Virus record (IMG/VR): IMGVR_UViG_3300044568_002423
Reading direction: 5' to 3' (one strand)
Length of the DNA: 64,000 nucleotides
DNA from: a virus
Shown: piece after piece, positions 59,201 through 64,000 of the stretch
Layout of the letters: each line of letters opens with the position of its first letter
How positions within the stretch are numbered: position 1 is the first letter of the stretch
The notes under the pieces: model-generated
Told to the model about the DNA's origin: nothing
Databases searched by the model: none
Seen by the model: only the letters and a program-made list of their open reading frames with translations
Program-made: the position numbers and the translations under genes

Positions 59201-59428
59201 ATAAAATGATAAGTTGGGAGTATCAGCTTGTGTATCTACTACTAAATTAGTAGTACGAACAGTATTGTTAATTAATAATTCGCGAGATGGCGTAGAAGTT
59301 TTTATACCAATACGACCAGTTACAACATCTAGATATAATAGGTCTGTTTCAAACGCTAAGTTTTCACCGTTTCTAAGTAAATTGCTCGATAATAGAGCGC
59401 CACTTACTCTACCTAATTCTATCCCCAT
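56273..59428 (-). CDS. Large virion/baseplate-fibre protein, paralogue of 52109..56152 lacking LamG
   Basis: Shared GR.SG.LL..NLLR.G.NLAFETDLL.LDV N-terminus, beta-helix and C-terminal modules. Confidence 0.7.
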   Translation of the reverse strand: MGIELGRVSGALLSSNLLRNGENLAFETDLLYLDVVTGRIGIKTSTPSRELLINNTVRTTNLVVDTQADTPNLSFYTNTIQNVTGIIYIQPDQTTDPEINALGLGTANLRIRAGQLIENITLDSDINLSPSGTGIVHFTTDTVLINGDLHATGDITWDGDITLGDDNTDNVIFAADINSDLIPNTDSFYDIGSASNIWNKLYTVNTVAGAITASTITSNSIDLLLTQGHTIYVSVNGSDTNYGTHLHSTFRTIKKALSVAVAGDEIVIFPGVYSEIFPLTVPTDVSIRGTSLRSVVVKPTSGTDNKDAFLLNAGTTLSGLSIQDFYYDEINDTGYGVRFAPNFTTTTRSPYIQNVSVITASATLPAGKGALVDGSVASPSSNVASMLFEATTFITPNQDGITATNGVRIELINVFTYYANRGIYLLTGSVGFANQGVKFGAEIRSINCANVYGTYGVVADGSDTICYLTGHDFGFVGSGLVSTNDEVLVIQENEVVAINGGIIYYESIDHRGDYRIGDIFYVDQSTGDVSFNAQSIGFTADGSIVLEGPNGITSITHHAIQTGNIRIHNNDIDSLVGPVNFLAASSSTTLNTDVVVTGLVSMTGDASVHGNVFLGNEPYDVVTVAPFLTQTIKPQTNNDYTLGDTSLVTWRNAFLTTLTVDNVTQITNNTISTLTTDTDLRLQGSNLGKIQVTSTDVNIENDLTIDETTTINGLSTLLNTEIQGTVTLVGDINQTGDTHVTGLFANHNISVTGALSYLDVPDINIQTNVISITDTDADLNIAANGTGGVILDQRIKITDNDIRNSWVGATTDAQKSLVFSPDGTGDLLISSTKSLKIPIGNNTNRLLSAIGEIRYNDVSNMVEAWQPSGYINFANLWDSDRNTYVTAELTPGANDNTLRFSIAGTVKATITSAALTTNSILVDDVKIIGNTISNNITSNNLEFIPTGVGVININDVHLNGNSITNNAAGAITFDSIDTGYVKFTGTNAVVLPLGITDDRRLLPEIGETRHNSDLGYMEIFNGTVWQSAIGAGFASEEDISDIFSIWALIAG

Positions 59429-59442
59429 TAAAATTCCTTATA

Positions 59443-60453
59443 TTATTTGTCAAATCCATGTAATACTGTAACTGGTTTTCCCAATGGTACAGGAGAACTA
59501 AATTTTAGAAAATATCCATAACCCACATTAGTAGTATCAGTGATAGTCAATGAAGTATTCACAGAAATATTACTGGTAATAGTAGGTTGAGAAATAGTAA
59601 CACTAATTAAAGCATCGGTAATTGGGTCTGTTGAATAGGTCAATATAGTAGTACCGGCTTGGATATTAGCACTACCCGTAATAGTAGCACCAGTAATATC
59701 AACAGCAGGATATACCGAATTGGTAGATTTCATATTACCAGCTACGGTCATGGTTGACGAAGTAGAATTAAGATAACTAACAGAACTTGTAGTAGAGGCG
59801 GTAACTGTATAGGTTCCATTGTACCCAGTTGGAGTAAATCCAGTAACTACAATTGATGATCCAACAGCAAAAGGCGTTTGCGCCATTGTATCAAATGTTA
59901 AGGTAACAGTGGTACCATTACCACTTGCCCCAGTTGAGTTAAGGCTTGTATTAAAATAGATAGTTGTGCCACCAGTTGGTGTTTGAAAACTGTTAGTACC
60001 GATATATGTTTCACCGGGAATAGTTGGATTTTGAACAACCGTATAGTTGGTAGTAGATAATTGAATGACATTCTCTACAATGACTAATACATTTTGAGCA
60101 CCCCAAGAAGTATTACTCTGCACAGTAGTAGGCGGAGCGGGACTCAATGGTCCAAAATATACGTTGACACTGTCACCAGCACCTAAATTTTGTTGTGTTA
60201 TCTGTGTAGATTCTTTAAATCGTAAACTGCGCCATGTACCAGATTGATAAATTTCCATCTCGCCGCCAGTAACGATATCAGTATTGTATCTCAGCATACC
60301 ATTGATGGGAGAAACTGGTCGTTGTGCGGTTGTGCCAGTCGGTAAGGTTATGTTATTTGTTGTTTTCATAACAATACTATCTGTCATATCCACATATAAG
60401 CGCACATCATTTGGCGCTCTACGGTTTATATTTTGTTGCCTTAAAAATCGCAT
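59443..60453 (-). CDS. Virion structural protein
   Basis: LPTGTTAQRP...GMLRYNT module; Thr-rich; within the structural operon. Confidence 0.6.
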   Translation of the reverse strand: MRFLRQQNINRRAPNDVRLYVDMTDSIVMKTTNNITLPTGTTAQRPVSPINGMLRYNTDIVTGGEMEIYQSGTWRSLRFKESTQITQQNLGAGDSVNVYFGPLSPAPPTTVQSNTSWGAQNVLVIVENVIQLSTTNYTVVQNPTIPGETYIGTNSFQTPTGGTTIYFNTSLNSTGASGNGTTVTLTFDTMAQTPFAVGSSIVVTGFTPTGYNGTYTVTASTTSSVSYLNSTSSTMTVAGNMKSTNSVYPAVDITGATITGSANIQAGTTILTYSTDPITDALISVTISQPTITSNISVNTSLTITDTTNVGYGYFLKFSSPVPLGKPVTVLHGFDK

Positions 60454-60455
60454 AC

Positions 60456-60788
60456 TTATACCGCCAATGAGCTTACCGTAGCGGTAATGTTACTCAACGA
60501 ATCTGTTTTTGCAACCAGTATATCACCGTTAGCCAATACTAACTTTTCTTGATCTAATGAAACTGTTTCCCCTGCCGGAACAGGCAATCCATTAATTATC
60601 ATAGTACTACTACCAACTGAACCACCTGAAGGAACCGCATATACATACAACAGTGACAGGTTTAATACCGGTGTCGCTGGAACGTATGTACTTGTATTAC
60701 AAAAAATAACGGTTGTTATCGCATTATTTCCACTACTTGTATAAATTGTTGTATTACCAGACGTGATTGATGTATTTGAAATTGCCAT
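60456..60788 (-). CDS. Small beta-rich virion protein (110-aa paralogue family)
   Basis: TTIYT...FCNT...VPAGET....EKLVL.NGD. Confidence 0.6.
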   Translation of the reverse strand: MAISNTSITSGNTTIYTSSGNNAITTVIFCNTSTYVPATPVLNLSLLYVYAVPSGGSVGSSTMIINGLPVPAGETVSLDQEKLVLANGDILVAKTDSLSNITATVSSLAV

Positions 60789-60798
60789 ATGTTATCCT

Positions 60799-61776
60799 TT
60801 AGAAAAGCATACTAAATAGTAATGCTCTATTTTTAGCTACTAATTCATCTGCGTAATTTATATTAGTAAAAAATACGCCAGATTTCCCAGGACCTAATGT
60901 GGCCGTTGAGTATAATTTATTTTGCCCAGCTGTATAGCTAGGGGTAGAGACTTGATCAGTAAGTCCCAGTACGGAATTAACCGTTACTAAATTCGAAGCC
61001 GCCGTTATTATCATTGTCCCCAATGTATTGGAAACAGTATCGTTAACTATATTGATATTATTAATAGTCATACCAGTGTTGGTAATTTGTGCTGCTAAGT
61101 TTGAGTTAATTGTAAAATCAATACTGTAAGCATATGCTTGTACTCGTGACTTCTCTATACTACTCACTGTTTTGTATATTTTATCAACATCGGCCATACC
61201 CGGCGTGACTACACCAGATTGAATGTATAATGACACGAACTTTTTGTTTGGTATCGCATTATCACGTTCGGCGCCTGTTTCTAATAACAAATTTGCGTAT
61301 GCTACTGGATCTACATTAGCTAGTTTTAATACTTTGTTTGTTTCTTTTAAATCAACATTAAGATCAGTCAACCCATCGATGGTAATAGTTTGTAATTGTA
61401 AACCACTTAAAATACCATTCATTGTTCGCATAACAAATGTACCATCTATATCTACCGCAGCTATTTGATCGTAATGAGTTACATTATCATCAAATACAAA
61501 TTGTGCGTCATCCCAGTTTCCTCGTCCTATTTGGATACCTGATTTATATCCTAACGCACTGCTAATACCATTGCCAGTTTGACCATAGTTTAATTGGATG
61601 ATATTATCTTTAACTGTAGTAACAGTTGATTCAACTGTCGTGGTAGTACCTTGCACATCAAGATTTCCAGTGATAACGACGGTACCAGCATTAGAGCCGG
61701 TATCTAGCGTAATACTTCCACCGGACTGTACTTGTACTCGGTAATCACCTTGACTAACTTTTAATATTCTTGACAT
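60799..61776 (-). CDS. Virion structural protein
   Basis: ITGNLDVQGTTTTVES...VKDNIIQLN fibre/baseplate-type repeat. Confidence 0.6.
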   Translation of the reverse strand: MSRILKVSQGDYRVQVQSGGSITLDTGSNAGTVVITGNLDVQGTTTTVESTVTTVKDNIIQLNYGQTGNGISSALGYKSGIQIGRGNWDDAQFVFDDNVTHYDQIAAVDIDGTFVMRTMNGILSGLQLQTITIDGLTDLNVDLKETNKVLKLANVDPVAYANLLLETGAERDNAIPNKKFVSLYIQSGVVTPGMADVDKIYKTVSSIEKSRVQAYAYSIDFTINSNLAAQITNTGMTINNINIVNDTVSNTLGTMIITAASNLVTVNSVLGLTDQVSTPSYTAGQNKLYSTATLGPGKSGVFFTNINYADELVAKNRALLFSMLF

Positions 61777-61791
61777 TTATAATCCTCAATA

Positions 61792-61809
61792 GGAGGGCCG
61801 AAGCCCTCC
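61792..61809 (-). terminator. C(UUCG)G hairpin after 61823..62887 (weak U tract)
   Basis: Minus strand GGAGGGC-TTCG-GCCCTCC-TATT; UUCG hairpins are typical of T4-like intergenic regions. Confidence 0.65.
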
Positions 61810-61822
61810 ATTTGTTTTACAA

Positions 61823-62887
61823 CTAAGCGTTATCTATCTTAACGTTCACACCAGCTTCCAAATATGGAAGAGTTGAGTAAACTTTTGTACCAGATGTATC
61901 ATTCATTGTCCATTCTACTGCTTCCCCATTTGGATGAGTAGTTGGATTAGCAAATTGACCATTACCGGCAATTTTACGAACTAATAATGCTTTATGAGCT
62001 GTCAATTTTAGAACCCAATATTCGTTAGCATCAGTATCAAACGCAGTAATATCCATTTCGTTGAATTGATCGTTACCATCTGCATCAGCTTGCGATTCTC
62101 TTGCAACTAATATAGCTGAACGAACTGTCCATGGTTCATCAGTCACTAATGTTGCTGTTCTAACAGCATAACGACGACTTGCTTCTTGTTTAACAATGTC
62201 AACAAGCTCACGTGCGGCGCCAGTCCACGCATACGCAACAATAGCATTTTCTTGATTAGTTGAAGTACCAACATAACCAGTATCAGCAGTTAGCACAACA
62301 GTTGGTGTACCAGTTTGAGTTTGACCACCAGCGGTTTGACTAGACGCACGAGCCCAGCTCAGGGTAGGTGCTGCCACATAACCAGAACCTTTTTCTAATG
62401 TAGTGATACTTTTTAAACGGAATGTGACAGTTGCCTGTGCGGCACCGGTCATTCCTGTTTGATTAGTTGCCCAAGTAGTAATACCCGTGCCATTTATAGT
62501 CGTAAACTCACCACGGTTTGTAAATGCGTCAAATGATGGAACACCTAATGCTTCTGTTACAGTAAATGCTGGTTGAACATTAGCATCATCCCAGATTGAA
62601 CCACTCATGCTAGTAATAGCACCTGCAACAAATCCTGTTCCTCCTGCCAATGAAATTGTATTAATTTCCCAAACCACTGTTGATGTCGCAGGAACACCAT
62701 CCGGCAATGTTGGTGCTGGAATTGTTAGTGTTGGAAAGAATTTGTAAGTATTGGTAATATTAACAACACCTTTTTCAGCAGCTAATGTATATGCGGCTAA
62801 ACCTTCACCGCCAATTTTATCATCTGCAGTTACTGTGGTACCGATATTACGGTTACCAAAATATTTTTTATTTAATGGACGTCCCAT
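61823..62887 (-). CDS. Hypothetical, probably abundant structural protein (MGRPLNKKYFG...)
   Basis: Strong AAGGAGA SD, own late promoter and a downstream hairpin; close to the capsid gene. Confidence 0.55.
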   Translation of the reverse strand: MGRPLNKKYFGNRNIGTTVTADDKIGGEGLAAYTLAAEKGVVNITNTYKFFPTLTIPAPTLPDGVPATSTVVWEINTISLAGGTGFVAGAITSMSGSIWDDANVQPAFTVTEALGVPSFDAFTNRGEFTTINGTGITTWATNQTGMTGAAQATVTFRLKSITTLEKGSGYVAAPTLSWARASSQTAGGQTQTGTPTVVLTADTGYVGTSTNQENAIVAYAWTGAARELVDIVKQEASRRYAVRTATLVTDEPWTVRSAILVARESQADADGNDQFNEMDITAFDTDANEYWVLKLTAHKALLVRKIAGNGQFANPTTHPNGEAVEWTMNDTSGTKVYSTLPYLEAGVNVKIDNA

Positions 62888-62967
62888 TTGTTTCTCCTTA
62901 AAGATTTTCTAAATCATACGCGGAGGGTTCCGCATAAGTCCGATTGAACGGCGCTTCTATGATTATG
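62888..62967 (-). ncRNA. Candidate structured 5' leader (three-way junction)
   Basis: Outer 7-bp stem enclosing two inner hairpins, directly after the late promoter. Confidence 0.4.
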
Positions 62968-62975
62968 TATTTATC
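62968..62975 (-). promoter_or_regulatory. Late-type promoter GATAAATA
   Basis: Intergenic motif match. Confidence 0.6.
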
Positions 62976-63022
62976 AAACTAGAGAAACTAGTTATAGGTA
63001 AAATAATTATTGTATAGGTCCT

Positions 63023-63766
63023 TTATTTTAATTTACAATTGTCACCGTGCCATCTTGGATAGGTATTCACTGATATTTCTTTTTGACAATGTGGGCATAA
63101 TTTTTTAGGACGAACTAATCCACGTTGAGCGGCTGCTCTTTTTTCTATGACTTCTGCACTATACTTTCTTCCACGAGCAGCATCGCCTATTTTTTGTCTA
63201 GTTTCTTCACTATGTGTCTTCCCAAACATATTGTTGTTACTACCAAGTTTAGCTGCTGATAAGTTTTCTTTCCATTCTTGACTAAATGGGTCTCGTTTTT
63301 TCCCAGTAATGGCTAACACCTGTTTTGCTTTTTCATGTAATGGTTGTATTCTTCCAGTATTTGCTTTTCGAATTTTGTCAATTGCTTCATTAGAATGGGA
63401 TTTTCCATACATTGGATTTTTTTCACCAGACTTTTGCTTGCTTTGTATTATCGCGTATTCCTCCTTTAAATTAGCATAAACACGTGATGTTATCGCTGTT
63501 GTATATCTAGTTTGTTTTGCGTTTTCAGCACGCATTATTCTTAACGCATTAAGCATTTTCCAATGGTCATCACCAGTCGTGTATATTTTTACTAATAACC
63601 AATGGCATATAAAATGTTCCCTAGCAGTAAGCTTTACTTTATTTTCAATATCGTCAGTACCACCCAAACTTTTAGGCAGAACATGATGACTTTCGGTGTA
63701 AATATTAATCGTGCGAGATCTAGCATTCTCGACTATATTGTGATACCATTTTTTATATTTATTCAT
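63023..63766 (-). mobile_element. Free-standing HNH homing endonuclease with NUMOD3 repeats and a C-terminal Cys/His motif
   Basis: ESHHVLPKSLGG.D...N.V.LTAREHFICH (HNH); NPMYGKSHS and NNMFGKTHSEETRQKI (NUMOD3); CPHC...HGDNC. Confidence 0.88.
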
Positions 63767-63810
63767 ATATCTATTTATGTTTGTTAGTTCAATATAAAAT
63801 ATTATACCAC

Positions 63811-63836
63811 AAAAAAACCACCCGAAGGTGGTTTTT
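63811..63836 (-). terminator. Intrinsic terminator of the major capsid gene
   Basis: Minus strand AAAAACCACC-TTCG-GGTGGTTTTTTT. Confidence 0.9.
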
Positions 63837-63863
63837 ATGTTATTATACTTAATTAATTACAAA

Positions 63864-64000
63864 TTAACTAAATTTAACGTTACCATCAGTGATTGCCACT
63901 TTACCTAAGTAATCGGCGGCATTCCCAAGCGAGCTTGCAGTATTTGATAATTCCACATACCCGTAACGTGTCATAAATGAAACGGTTGGTTCGAATGTAG
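63864..64000 (-). CDS. gp23: Major capsid protein, T4 gp23-like (3' end only)
   Basis: Not in the ORF track. Manual translation TFEPTVSFMTRYGYVELSNTASSLGNAADYLGKVAITDGNVKFS* matches the gp23 C-terminal F.P...F.TRYG motif; a strong terminator follows. Confidence 0.85.
   Translation of the reverse strand, partial: TFEPTVSFMTRYGYVELSNTASSLGNAADYLGKVAITDGNVKFS

Noticed and set aside
1-64000. Stop-codon reassignment as in some large phages
   Set aside because: Very long ORFs are open in the standard code, and TAA, TGA and TAG all end genes at sensible positions.

Overview
AT-rich late/structural region of a large T4-like (myovirus-type) bacteriophage. The right edge holds the 3' end of the gp23 major capsid gene. 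It is followed, on the minus strand, by a free-standing HNH/NUMOD3 homing endonuclease and a ~36 kb run of virion and fibre genes, including two pairs of very large paralogous beta-helix proteins (1051/1347 aa and 2758/3677 aa). The left edge has neck/tail-completion genes (gp13 partial, gp14, gp15) and a Nudix hydrolase. The most striking part is 3.7-31.6 kb. There, two fibre genes share a near-identical ~790-bp 5' half (direct repeat, ~19.75 kb apart) but have different C-termini, and each heads its own trio of paralogous tip proteins (three C1q-like; three gp38-like polyglycine). Interleaved with them are seven flavin-dependent tryptophan-halogenase-family genes, nine 2OG-Fe(II) oxygenase-fold genes (one apparently catalytically dead), a fibre chaperone and a complete groES-groEL operon. 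Most of these operons start at the same NATAA(A/G)TA T4-late-type promoter motif as the structural genes. My inference, untested, is a phage-encoded system that post-translationally halogenates or hydroxylates receptor-binding fibres, with two alternative adhesin cassettes. Two structured 5' leaders (56.2 kb, 62.9 kb) are candidate new cis-regulatory RNAs. All calls come from reading motifs by eye; no database searches were run.
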